A DNA stretch of 64,000 bases, from assembly GCF_001194135.2 (NCBI RefSeq), contig NC_068986.1, positions 114,642,563 through 114,706,562 of the forward strand. Reading direction: 5' to 3'. Below the pieces are notes generated by a model. The model was not told where the DNA came from and made no database searches. It was given only the letters and a program-made list of their open reading frames with translations. A program made the translations under genes and the position numbers. Numbering within the stretch: the stretch's first letter is position 1; every line of letters starts with the position of its first letter. Positions 13,340 to 27,600 of the stretch are shown piece after piece. The stretch is from Octopus bimaculoides (lineage: Eukaryota).

Positions 13340-13875
13340 CCTGGAACCATGTGGTAGAGAAGTGAATTTCTTAACCATTTTATATGCCTACATCTGAATG
13401 AGGACACACACACACTAAAGTGAACACATTTCCTTACAACCTAATACTGAATGGACCAATCAAGTAATGACTAAGCATTTAGGGAACCTACCAGAAACAG
13501 CAGCCATATCTCCCATATCATGCTGCCACCTAAATAAAGAAGCCTCTATTGGACAATGTAGTCTATGATATACAAAAAGATGGGATGATAACAACTGGAA
13601 TACTATGCATATTTTTTAAACAAAAGTCAGCTGGCTCAGTGCGAATCTGGGGCTAAACAATATTACATATTGAACACTGTTAATATGTACAAACAAGATA
13701 ACCATATAAAATATACATTGACCATTATAGTCCTTTTTACTTTATTTTATGATAATAATTCCATTAAATATGAAAGTCTTTCATCAAACACTTAAAACCT
13801 GGTCACTGATACTCTATTCCACTCATGCAGCAACATACGTCCGGCCCTGTTAAGAATACACCTGATGCATCAGGC

Positions 13876-14210
13876 GATGCGATATGATATGCTTGAGAAA
13901 ACTTGAGTCAAGTAAAACCAATATCATAGCTGTGGCCAGTGCTCCCTGACTAGCACCTGTGCCGGTGGCATGTAAAAAGCACCATCCGAACGTGGTCAAT
14001 GCCAGGTCTGTCTAACTGGCTCCCGTGCCAGTGGCACATAAAAAGGCACCCACTACACTCTTGGAGTGGTTGGCATTAGGAAGGGCATCCAGCTGTAGAA
14101 ACATTATCACATCAGATTGGAGCCTGGTGCTGCTGCTGGCTCTCCAGACCTCAGTCAAACCGTCCAACCTATGCTAGCATGGAAAGCGGACATTAAACGA
14201 TGATGATGAT
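13876..14210 (+). mobile_element. RTE-type 3'-end repeat (GGAAGGGCATCCAGCTGTAGAAAC core, (GAT)n tail)
   Basis: Has the ...GCTTGAGAAAAC..AAGTAA ORF end, the core and the tail CATGGAAAGCGGACATTAAACGATGATGATGAT. Other copies lie near 19565, 19941, 24795, 35586, 39870, 43450, 52120, 56411 and 57900. Confidence 0.8.
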
Positions 14211-17090
14211 ACAGTATCAGTTTTATCATCTGCATAAGAGTGTCATACATGTTTTCCACTTTGATACAAGACCATCAGTTTTGAGGGAAGGTGGTTAGTC
14301 AATTTAATCAACCCTAGTTCATGAGTAGTTACTTAGCTTTATCGACCTGGAAAGAATGGAAGGCAAAGTTGCTGTTAATGGGATTTGATCTCAGACTATA
14401 AAGAGCTAGAATAAATACTGTAAAGCATATTTTGTCTGACTTTCTAATGATTCTGCCAATCCCTTCATATATATGTAATATTAATAGATTTAAAAAAAAA
14501 TAACTTTCAGTATAGGAAAAAACTCTGAGCGTTTAAAATCTAAAAGCAAGAGAGAACTGGGGAAGCGGAATGGAAACACCGTTCTCTCTTGTTTCACTGT
14601 TTTGCTAGTTTTTAAATAGCTGATACTATCTGTTTGTCATAACACCTGGCAGAAATGTTGCTGTTTTTTGGTGATGGGACAGGATTTTAACTCAGAATGC
14701 ACAGGGCTGGAATAGATATTCTATCAGACAATCCCGGTAATTTACTGCTCAAGAGTGGTACTTGTTTTATCGACTCCCAAAAGATGGAAGGCAAAGTTGA
14801 TCTTGGCAGGAGTTGACCTCAGAGTACAGAGTATACGTAACAGCATTTCCCAACCTTATCACACTTGGGGCAATATTTGAAATTCATTTTATGTCTCAAG
14901 GAACTCCTACATAAAAATCATTATATATCGATGTAAATATTCTTCTGTCAAAGTTAAATTTCATGATTGATTGAACAAATCATAAAACTGGCTTTGAATG
15001 GTTTGACAGTGATAATTCTATCAAACATCACAAAGAACATCTTTCTTAGATGTTCTTTGTGATGTTTGATGTCTGAACCAAGATCTTGTTTTGAGCTAAT
15101 TCCTCCACAATTACCTATTAGAAGGTTACTTTTCAGCTATGGTCCCCTTACTACCAACAGATGCTTGCATTTTGAATATAAAGTGTGTATTATAAAATTA
15201 AACACAAAAATGACTTTAAAATATATCTACATATAACTATCACTATTTCTCACAGAAGCCCTTGTGACCTCTAATAAAGCCCAAGGGTTCTGGGGAAATC
15301 TTAGTTGGAAACACTGATACAGAAGGGTGCAAATATTTATTAACTGTTCATTAGTGCAGATTGTGAAATCTAGATATTTCTTATTTATCCAACTTTCTGT
15401 AGCGCCAAGTGAAATCTGATAATCATCGTTGCCCAAACCTAGGAGGACACTAATCACAAGCAAGAACTCACTCAAACTGATAATCTGTTCATTTTACTCC
15501 TTTCCAGCCTCCAAATATCCTATGTTTTGCTACCATGCATTATCTGGCTTCGCACACGGGTATCATGCAATTTACCCTTTGCTCAAAGTTAGAACTTGTT
15601 TGTTACAAACAGTCAACAGTACCCTGTCCTACTCCACAGTAAATAGGTCATCTCAGTAACAAAAACTTTCACCTGTTTTTATGGAACCTTCCAATCATTT
15701 GCCAATTTATTTCACAACCACTCTCGTGCTTAACTACTTTTGTGTTCTTACCAGTCCTTATTCTTTCCATGTCTGCCTCTAATTCAGTTACAATATTTGT
15801 ACAGCCAAGGTTTGCACTGGGTACACAGCATAGAATTTCTGTCCTTTTTCTGCATATCAAGCACAACCATTTCCCTGATAGTAATAGAGTCCTGTCTTCT
15901 TTTCAGTTGGCTAAAACTTATTGTTGTTAGATTTACTTCAAGAACTTATGATTCTAGGCTTTGTTTCTGCATTTCAAATTTTTTTCTAAACTTTTGGTAA
16001 ATCAAGTGATGAGAACTAGGTCAATAGCATTCAGGAGTTTGTATGTACAACCAGCCTTAAACTTCCATTTTGGCTGAGAGAATTACAACAAACTGTGTTA
16101 AAAGAAAATTTAGTTTAAGGAAGTAAGAGAATCTCAAAGAAACCCTGCAACCACCATCAAGGTGTGAAATGTTTAACCATTAAATAAGTCTCCTTTATAT
16201 GGCAATGCTCCAACATGATGTTAGCCATGTTTAAAACAGAGTAATTAATGAACACCAAGCTTTAGTTTTTCAGTCTTTTGTTGTCTCTTTTATATTTTCT
16301 ACCAAGGTCAAGCCCATGCAGAAATATCACCTTAACAGTTGCCTATTCTGTATTTTTTGTTGCCTTTCCTGCATATCCAGTCATTTTGCTGGGTTTACAG
16401 AGTATTCCTAGTTGATAGATTAATGAATTGATAGAGGCGACTCTACTTTAGGTGTAGCATTTTGGTTATTCCTGTTATGTTAGAAATATATTTAAATATT
16501 TTATCAAAAATTCTTGGGGTCAACTTTAGGCCTGTTTAATAAACTTTACAGGTGAAAGTGGTACAATTTTCTGTGTATTTAGGCCCTCAATTCTTGATGG
16601 AGTCATATGGCACTGTCATGACATATGGCATGTCTGGGAACATATTGAGAACTACTAGAGATCATCTTTTACCAGGTCTGAATATAGCTGAATTTTTTTT
16701 CCAGTAAGAGATAGAGGAATGATATTTATCGATCTCCAAAAGGATGAAAAGCAAAGTAGACTCACAGTGTAGAGAGTTAAAATATATAATGTCAGGCAAT
16801 GTATCTACTGTTTTAGTGACTTGGCCAATTCACCACCTTAATTGGAATTGTTGCCACCCTGATACAAGAGTTTAAGGAAACAAGTGCTGAGATATGACTG
16901 GTACTCCCAATCCTCTTCTGTTTTTCTCTCTCCTATGCCAAAGTTTGTAACAAGAATTTTCAAAAGATTATAGACATAATAGCCTGAATAGTTTTAATGG
17001 CTGTCTAGCTTGTACCCGTGATTACCACCAACTATACAACTGCACTGCAGATATTATGGGGTAATTATGATGATGATACCAGTAACAAAG

Positions 17091-17126
<36 letters not shown>

Positions 17127-17874
17127 ATATGCACATCTGTGTTTGTTGAGGCCCAGAGTATCTGAGGTGTGTAGATCAGCTTGGAAAAGTGATTCCTGGA
17201 ATGATGATGATGATGTGAATTTGGTACATTCTTGAAGTTATATACACACATGCTAACTCACACCACACAGAAAACACTCTCTAAAAATGTTTTGGTTGTT
17301 TCTGATTTCATAAATATCATCCTTTTACTTTGTGGGTGAGTGTATGAGTGTCTCGTTTATGTGTATACATGAAATTTCAGTATATGTATAGTATTTGGAA
17401 ATGTGTGTCTCTTTATATACGTAGGATATACACACATACATACGAGTGTCTGTGTTGCAGGTGTGTGTATTTATGTGTATTTACTTCTGTTTATACTAGG
17501 AAAATCAGAAGGCTTCTACACATATGTCTGCCTGTGTGTATATACCAGGCTGCTTTGTTATGCATGCACAAGCCAACTACATGCATACTCACATATATTC
17601 ACACACTTTTTCATTCACTCACTCACTCACACACACACCTACACACAAGAGTGTGTGCAAATATGCGTATACAAATTATAATGTATGTGTGCGTACATTC
17701 AGGTGAGCCTATGTTTGTATTTGCTCCAATGTGTTGTGTTCCCCACCCCAAATCAACCGCTCACCAAATCCTTATATGGCAATATGACAGATCTGAATAG
17801 ATTTCCGACATGTTAGGTTGTCTGGAACACACTTTGGCATCCATCATTGCTCTGTGGATGTTGTATATACATTA

Positions 17875-17875
<1 letters not shown>

Positions 17876-17945
<70 letters not shown>
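17876..17945. repeat. (AT)n microsatellite
   Basis: Uninterrupted AT run. Confidence 0.95.
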
Positions 17946-17954
<9 letters not shown>

Positions 17955-19881
17955 ATACATCAATATGTATCTCGTATTTTACATGAGATGGGTGTATAGT
18001 TGGTAAAATCTATACTACATTTTTGGTATGTAGTATATCATATGTATAATGTGGGATGCAGATTATGTGTTTTGTATCAATACATGTATGTGTATGCGTA
18101 TAAATGTGTGTAGAAATTTTCTTTGAATTTTTGTGATGTGGAATTATTATTATACACTAACTAATATATTAAGGCTAATGTCAACTTGATTCTTATAATC
18201 GCAGTGTTTTGGCCATTGCATTCTCTGACCTTCTTCAGATGCCTGCCATATTCAGTAATATTCTTGGAATTTGAAATTAAACTTTTATTTAGCTCACTGG
18301 AGAAGATTGTTCTCATTCTGTTGTCCACACCAGGGGTAATGTCTAATGTACTTGTGTGGCAGCTAGTTCATTATGCTTGAACTAAGGTGTATGTAAATTG
18401 ACTGACCAAAGGACCAAACTCACACCTACTCGCTAATATAAGCCAATAAAGGTTTTTGACTGTAATATAGTGATTAGACAAGGGTTCCATCCCTGGATTG
18501 TTTGCACTATATATACTCTGATTGAAGCCCACATTGCCACTTCAGTAGCAATCTTGCTTGTAATGTACTGAGAATATTTACCATAGGTGCAGATAGCCGT
18601 AACTCTCTGGGGACCCACAGAGCCGTATTCTCTGCTGGTGGAGTCTTGGTTCTGCCATGCTGATGTATGGTTGGTTACCATGAGAGTTGATCTTTAAAAA
18701 AGGGGACACAAAAGGTGATAGTATTTGGTGTGTCATAAATAGATATACAGATAAGCATTACCAGTATACGATTTATAAAATATGTGAGTTCATGTGTCTA
18801 CATATGTATGCATGTTTGTACATGCACATGATTGTAAGTATATAAATGTCTGTGTGTGTCATTCCTTGGGCAAGTGTCTTCTTGTGCTCGTACCAACACT
18901 GTTTGAGCAAAATTAGTGATGCTTGTATATGTTTCCTGTAGACAATATATCACATAGTGCAGCAGTTTTGTTGGTTTCAATATTTGAAGACTAGAAGAAC
19001 GAAACCTCCTTACTTGAAAAATGAATAAGAGTTGGCAACCGGAACGATATCTGTAAAGTACTTCCACACAAGATATTATTACTGAATTCATGTCAGAATA
19101 GAAAAAGCACATAAAAAGAATGGTGGATGTATGTATGGATTCATGGATAGATGTGTGTGCCTATATGTATGAATGTATATTTTTCTGTGACTGTTTGTGT
19201 ATGTAGTATGTACATGTAAGCACATATATGTAACATGTATATGCAGTGTGTTCACACATGCATGAGTGTGTGTGTGTGCATATATATATATATATATATA
19301 AAATAGTCTGTGTACATGTATGTATGTCTTTATCTATATATACATTTATGTACATATGTATATGCAATATATGTGTATGCATCATTTAACATCCATGCTC
19401 CAGGCTACTAGTGGTTTTATGCTAGGTGTTGAAATTAAAGTATGAAAGAAGTGACAGAAACAGGTTTCTTGGTGTTAAGATGTATGGTTACCACTATATA
19501 TATATATGTGTGAGTGTGTGTATCTATCTATATATATATGTTTGTATATGTATATATGTGTATAACATCCACTTTCCATGCTGGCATGGGTTGGACAGTT
19601 TGAGAATTGGTAAGCTGGGAGGCTGCACCAGGTTCCAGTCTGATTTGGCAAGGTTTCTACAGTTGGATGCCCTTCCTAACGCTTTTTACCTACCACAGTC
19701 AGGGGGCTCTGGCATTGGCTACACTCAAATGGTACTTTTTATGTCCCACCGGCATGGGTGCCAGCCAGATGGCACTGGCATCAGCCATGCTCATATGTAT
19801 ATGTATGTATGTGTGTGTAACATCTATGTATACATATATGTATATATACACATGTGTATACATACAAGTACAGATACATAA

Positions 19882-19916
<35 letters not shown>

Positions 19917-20146
19917 GGTGTGCATGTATTACATATATATATCATCATCATTTAATGTGTTTTCCAAGCTGGCATGAGTTGGACAGTTTGACAGGAGCTG
20001 GTAAGGCTGGGGTTCACACCAGGTGCCATTGTCTATTCTGGCATGGTTTCTGAGTGGGTGTCCTTAACACCAACCATTATTACAGAGTGTACTGGGTGCT
20101 TATTACATGGCATCAGCACCGGTATTATATATATAATATACACATA

Positions 20147-21667
20147 CATATATATAATATATACATACACACTGATACACACACACACACAGAGGCATAC
20201 ATATTATGTAATAGGTATAAATGTATGTTTGTGCATATGTAATATGAATGTACATATACAAATATATGTTTACACCTGTCCAAGTCTTTCAATTCTCTAA
20301 TCTAGGTAATACTTTATATGAACCTTTTATTCCTATGCGCACGTACATAGAAACACACACTTCAAAAAGAGACGTGCATGCATTGACACATCACATGTAG
20401 AAATACACTCACATACACAAACACAGGTACATACACACAAACACAAATACACTCACACAAACAGACACACACACACAAGTNNNNNNNNNNNNNNNNNNNN
20501 NNNNNNNNNNNNNNNNNNNNNNNNNNNNNNNNNNNNNNNNNNNNNNNNNNNNNNNNNNNNNNNNNNNNNNNNNNNNNNNNNNNNNNNNNNNNNNNNNNNN
20601 NNNNNNNNNNNNNNNNNNNNNNNNNNNNNNNNNNNNNNNNNNNNNNNNNNNNNNNNNNNNNNNNNNNNNNNNNNNNNNNNNNNNNNNNNNNNNNNNNNNN
20701 NNNNNNNNNNNNNNNNNNNNNNNNNNNNNNNNNNNNNNNNNNNNNNNNNNNNNNNNNNNNNNNNNNNNNNNNNNNNNNNNNNNNNNNNNNNNNNNNNNNN
20801 NNNNNNNNNNNNNNNNNNNNNNNNNNNNNNNNNNNNNNNNNNNNNNNNNNNNNNNNNNNNNNNNNNNNNNNNNNNNNNNNNNNNNNNNNNNNNNNNNNNN
20901 NNNNNNNNNNNNNNNNNNNNNNNNNNNNNNNNNNNNNNNNNNNNNNNNNNNNNNNNNNNNNNNNNNNNNNNNNNNNNNNNNNNNNNNNNNNNNNNNNNNN
21001 NNNNNNNNNNNNNNNNNNNNNNNNNNNNNNNNNNNNNNNNNNNNNNNNNNNNNNNNNNNNNNNNNNNNNNNNNNNNNNNNNNNNNNNNNNNNNNNNNNNN
21101 NNNNNNNNNNNNNNNNNNNNNNNNNNNNNNNNNNNNNNNNNNNNNNNNNNNNNNNNNNNNNNNNNNNNNNNNNNNNNNNNNNNNNNNNNNNNNNNNNNNN
21201 NNNNNNNNNNNNNNNNNNNNNNNNNNNNNNNNNNNNNNNNNNNNNNNNNNNNNNNNNNNNNNNNNNNNNNNNNNNNNNNNNNNNNNNNNNNNNNNNNNNN
21301 NNNNNNNNNNNNNNNNNNNNNNNNNNNNNNNNNCATATATATAATATATACATACACACTGATACACACACACACACAGAGGCATACATATTATGTAATA
21401 GGTATAAATGTATGTTTGTGCATATGTAATATGAATGTACATATACAAATATATGTTTACACCTGTCCAAGTCTTTCAATTCTCTAATCTAGGTAATACT
21501 TTATATGAACCTTTTATTCCTATGCGCACGTACATAGAAACACACACTTCAAAAAGAGACGTGCATGCATTGACACATCACATGTAGAAATACACTCACA
21601 TACACAAACACAGGTACATACACACAAACACAAATACACTCACACAAACAGACACACACACACAAGT
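20147..21667. other. Assembly gap (853 N) flanked by an exact 334-bp direct duplication
   Basis: 20147-20480 is identical to 21334-21667. N-run spans 20481-21333. Other gaps: 326-335, 8917-8926, 22460-22544, 34150-34367, 47283-47292. Confidence 0.95.
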
Positions 21668-22285
21668 ATGAACATGTGTGCGTGTGTGTGTCATTACATG
21701 TATCTCCTGATATTTATTTTTCTAATGGTAACTGTGTTGTTGCTGCTACCAACACCACTAACTTCATCTCTTCACATGCCACCCTGTTGTTTTTGTTGTT
21801 GCTACTGCTATCCTACCCCACCCTACACTGCACTGCTGCCACCCTGTTCCTTTGACTTCACTTATTCTATATATCCCATCCACTGTTCTCTTAACAAGCT
21901 ATTGATTGGGTTTCTCTGTAATAGAGGGCAGAAGCGGGGTGGAGGAGAGATAGTACTGTAACTCAGGGTGGAGAAAAGAGTGAGAGACAGTGAGAGTGTG
22001 TATATGTATGTGAAGCTCTGAGTGTAAGAGATTGTGTGCAGAGTACAAGACTGAAATATGGAAGGGATTGTGTATGTAACTCAGGGTAGATGGATGTGTA
22101 TGTAGGGGAGGTTAGTGTGAGCATGTGTGTGTCTGTGTAGCTCCAAGTTGGCAGGGAGAGAAAATGAAATATGTTGCAGGAGAGAGAGATGCTGTGTAGA
22201 GTATGGGTTCTGTGTATGTGTAAAGCACGACATGTTATATGAGTGTGTGTAGTATGCCACATGCTATGTCTGTGTAATCATGAGA

Positions 22286-22331
<46 letters not shown>

Positions 22332-24240
22332 TGGGTGTAAAATATGGTTTTCTTCACTTTAAAAATTATGTAATATAGTGGAGAGAGAATGTGTATGTAC
22401 ATAAGTCACTAACCCATGCCAGGATGGAAGACAGACGTTAAATGATGATTATATATATANNNNNNNNNNNNNNNNNNNNNNNNNNNNNNNNNNNNNNNNN
22501 NNNNNNNNNNNNNNNNNNNNNNNNNNNNNNNNNNNNNNNNNNNNATATATATATAAATAAATATATGTATGCATATAATGTAGTATATATGTGTTGTGAA
22601 CAACAGGTTAGAATGTATGTGTAGCACAATTGGGGAAGTGTGGATGAGTATATATATATATATATATATATGTGGATGCATGCACCTGTGATACTGAGTG
22701 CATGTGTGTATATGTGACAAGTGAGCGAGTGTGTGTGTTAACTAACACAGCACAATTGTGTACAGTACTCCATAGAAGGTTGGTTAGTGCAACATCATAT
22801 ATTCCAGTGCAACAGACCTGCATTGGTTAGAAGTAGAGACAATAATATTGGGGAGGGGGTGCAGAGGTTGTCTCTATCCCCATCTTACCTGCAACCCCCC
22901 CTCCAACTGTCTACACCTACCTTCTATCCCACTCTCTTTCCTCCCTATCTTCTCTCAACTGATCACTCATAAACACACACACACACACACAACCACCCAC
23001 ATGTCACTACTCTTACTCTCTCTAACCTCTGTACTCCCCCCTCTATTCACATCCAACTCCATCCCACCACAGCACCATCTCTATTAATATTCCCCACCAT
23101 CCACCTGTACATAACAAACTGTTCGTTAGGTAAGACTGAAATCAATAACAGTGAAACTTGTGTTCTTGATGTGGGTTCCTCTCTGCTAGCATGGGGTTGG
23201 AGTAGAGGATGGTGGCAGATGATGTCGGTGATGATAATGGTGGTGGTGGTGGTAATGATGATGGTAATGATCATAGTGATACTCATGATAATCGTGCTTA
23301 TCATCACCATCGTCATTGCAATCATCTTCACCATAACTATCATCATAATCAATCATCTCCATTAATACTACCACCATCATCAACACAACTATTGCCCACT
23401 TCGACACCACTCTCATTAGCACCATCATCAGTTTTACTACTAAAAGATAAAACTCTCCAGAGGAGGGCTAGGAAAAAAGTTTAAACATTTTTTGCAAAGA
23501 ATGCGGTACAAACTAATACAAATAATTCTAAAGACCCAGTGTTCAGCAACACTGGTAGTGTTAATAATTCTGAGGTCAACAACACTGCATAATATATACA
23601 TACATTGAGGATATATATATATACGAGTGTGAGTGTCCTCTCTCAACTATGTGGTTTCAGGTTCAATCTCATTGTACAGTACTTGAACAAGTGTCTTCTA
23701 CCATATTTTTAGGTTTGCCAGAGGCTGTGTCCCTGCATAGCCATAGTCCAGTCTCTAAAACCTGCAAAATACACACACACACACACAATGGTTATATATG
23801 CATGTGTGGGAGTGTACATACACAAATGTATGCACATATTTACACTGATATAATTTGCACATATGCACAAAAGTATGTATACATGCCATTATATAGATAT
23901 ATACACACACATACACATGTACCCCTCCACATACAGAATAGTACAAGTATGTTATGTACAGTTTAACAATGCAAATATTGAACAGATGTTAGTACTACAC
24001 TGTTGCATCCAAAGCTGCACACACATGCACACAAACATAGCAAACACAAGGGCCAATGGCAACATCTTTAGATAACAGAAATAGCAGCTAACTCTCCCTC
24101 AACTCTCTGCACCATCACAATAAACAAAAAAAAAAAAATTGTTTATATAATGTCTGAAAAAAGTGTGGTCATGGTTGGATTGCCTTTGATAGATCTGCTG
24201 GAACAGAGTTCACCTAGGGCCAAACAAGTACAACAAGCAT

Positions 24241-24629
24241 GTTGTTGTTGGCACTCCGTCGCTTACGACGTCAAGGGTTCCAGTTGATCCGATCAATGGA
24301 ACAGCCTGCTTGTGAAATTAACGTGCAAGTGGCTGAGCACTCCACAGACACATGTACTCTTAACGTAGTTCTCGGGGATATTCAGCATGACACAGTGTGA
24401 CAAGGCTGGCCCTTTGAATTACAGGCACAGCAGAAGCAGGAAGTAAGAGTGAGAGAAAGTTGTGGTGGAAGAGTACAGCAGGGTTCGCCACCATCCCCTG
24501 CCAGAGCCTCATAGAGCTTTTAGGTATTTTTGCTCAATAAACATTCACAACGCCCCGGTCTGGGAATCGAAACCGTGATCCTATGACCGCAAGTCCGCTG
24601 CCCTAACCACTGGGCCATTGCGCCTCCAC
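24241..24629 (-). mobile_element. Full-length tRNA-derived SINE, little CpG decay
   Basis: Minus-strand head GGCGCAATGGCCCAGTGG (A box) and GGTTTCGATTCCC (B box), with a (CAA)n tail at 24241. The body (GGTTCCAGTTGATCCGATCAA..GGAACAGCC) recurs near 54510, 54170 and 6860. Confidence 0.85.
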
Positions 24630-27600
24630 GCAATAAGCATGTGAGATTATGCTATTTAGTATTGTATTGTTGCATCATCAAGCAGCTATACACAAGGGCA
24701 CCTGTTTTTTAATCACTTGATCAGCAAGAGATAGCAACAAAATTGCTGACATCATTCTCTGATGCCTTAGAAAAAGAAAAGCACATTGTCTTGTGTGCCA
24801 GTGGCACATAAAACACACCCAGCATGTTCTGTAAAGTGGTTGGCATTAGGAAGGACATCCAGCCATAGAAACCATGCCAAAACAGAGAATTGTAGTCTGG
24901 ACAGCTCTCTGGCTGGACAGCTCCTGCCAAATGTCTAACCCAAGCCAGCATAGAAAACAGACTTTAAATAATGATGTGCATGCTGAAAAAAAATGTGATG
25001 GCCATGGTTGAAATGTCTTTGAGCATAGATATGCTCAATTAGGACACACCTTGGGCTAAATAACAACATAGACCTTTAATACTATATGTATATAGTACTA
25101 TGCAGTACAACCATCACAGTACATATCCACACAGACAATACTATAGAAGCATAGTATTGTACTGTACTATCACCATCAATTGATTCTCTCTCTCTCTCTG
25201 ATACACATATTGTTATGGCTATTTGAGACAAATGAAGGAGCCTACAGAGTTATTGAATGGGCTGAAAATAGCAGTCAAATCTTCCAAGTCACGTATTTCT
25301 TAGGAAAGATTCTTGGATAATGTGATCCTAAGCTCTCTGCGCACAGGAAAAAGACAGGATGGTTACCACTATAATGTCTTTGGTCTGCATGATTAAAATT
25401 ACCCAGGTACTAAACAACAATGACTACTATAGGTATTTAATGTGAGTTCCACATAGGCGCTTGTGATTAATTCTTCCTCTTCCTCCCATACGATGTTACA
25501 CTCCCAATGCCAGGTCCTAAAACAGCTTTCTCCTGTCCGTTGTTACCGGAGCATCTCCCTCCCAGCCCATGTTTTTCTTCAATCTTCGCAGTCTTCAAAC
25601 TTTGAAAGCCATAACCACAACCCCTAATTCCTATATTTATTATACTGCAGTTAGGGAACAACAATGTTGTTGGATACAGGTTTTCAATGAACCATTAGTT
25701 CACTGCATGGGATTGAACCTGAAATATGACTGACTGTAAAGCAAACTACTTAACTGCTCAGCTATGTTGGTATCTAGGCAAACTATTTCATAAAAAACAA
25801 AAAAATATGTTTACTTGGTGCAAGATGTCTATGCATGTGTTATGAATTTAGTTTTGACTCTAGTTTCAATTTTGAGCACTGTTTATTAGTAAATATTCTA
25901 ACCTTACAATCCCTTTCAAATAACTCCAAAATTGACACACATATATACACATACATATATAGAAATAGATATGTAAGAGATAGACAAGGGATAATGTATT
26001 ATACATTCAGGATTGAGTATGAGCATATGTACATTATACCCAGGTGTGTCTGTGTAGATGCTTTTCGTGTACCTGTTTGTATGTGTACCCAACAACATCC
26101 TCTTTCAATAAACAAATACCCTACTACTTTGTTAAGTCTGCCTTTCCTTCCCTTCCCACACCATTCTAATAAATTTATTGTTCCAGCACTTCCTGTAACC
26201 ATAATGTTTCTTTTGCTTTCCTATCTTATGCCTCTCTGCTATTTTGTTTTCCTGCTGTTCTTGTTCAGCAGACTGCCCCATCACACCACCACCTCTACCT
26301 GAGTGAAGGTATCTCTGATGTTGTATGTAGGTTAATGGGATTTGATATATGTTACTGTCAGGTGATGTAGTGTTTTATTGCTTGTCTGTTTGTCCTTGGT
26401 CAGCCAAAATTTCAGCCATGTGTATTTATTTAGACATAGTATACCTAGGGGTATATTAGCCAATATGTAATATGAAGAAGGCGGGGCCCCTTTTTGGCTT
26501 GTAGTGCACTATAATTATGGCTTTAAAAAAAAAAATTTTGCTGTTTAGCTCTAGGTCAATCATGATACATATAGTGGGCCTATGATGAAATTTTTTTTCC
26601 AGCCCAAACCATCTCTTCAATTATTTAGATAGTAAATCTAGGATCACCTTATACAATGTTATTTTCTTTTATAGTGTGGGTTGAGGGAGATTCAGCTGTT
26701 ATTTTTAGCATGTCAAGCAACCATGTATAAGTTCCCTCAGACATTTAGTTTTGAATCTCACTTAATGGTAACTCACATTTTTATTGCTGTTGAGACTGGC
26801 ATGACCATCACATGCATCAATGCCGTATATATATGGGGACCCCTCAGCTTTATTCAGCTTTATTCAGTATTTAATACTCTTAAGAGAGCCTTGCAAATCA
26901 AGCAATGGTGGCGTCTTAATATTCCTTCGAAATTATTTCAATATTCCTGTTTGATGTTATCTCCCTTATTCTCTCTCCATTGTGTATCTTTAAACCAATC
27001 ATAAACTTCTAGATGGATGAAACAGCAGCCAAATCACTTCCATATGTGTTTTAAATATGGAAAAGACACACTAGATGGTCATAGCTGGAATGCATTTGAA
27101 CATAAAAGTTTGCTGAATCTAGCTAAATCTGAGCTAAATAGTAATAATAAAAGATACATTGAATCATGTAGTCCTTGAAACATTATGACTAAACAATGAG
27201 ATGGTCATGATAAGAACTTTGATAATAGAGCTCCTTGATGAGAGCTGGCCTGGGATTATACAACAGCATGTGTTTCTGAATCATTGAGATATGGGGACAT
27301 TGAGATATCATGTTCTACTCTTTCTACATTGGGGTGGAACATAATATAATTTCTCTATACATTTGGGAAGTTAGAATTTAGTGATCATTCAGTTGATTGC
27401 ATCTGTGTGGGTAGTGTGTGTATGCATACACACATGTATTTAACTTCCATATAGATGTTATTTTCATGCTAATTACAAAATTTATAACCATTTTTGGAAA
27501 AATTAACTATAAAAATGTTACAAACTTTCAAAGGACATTTTAAAAAATTTCATCCACAAATGGCTACTCCCTTGTTTCTACCATGAGTATTTCAGTTGTT

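Noticed and set aside
20362-21479. Three 330-356 aa ORFs
   Set aside because: Almost entirely X from the 853-N gap.
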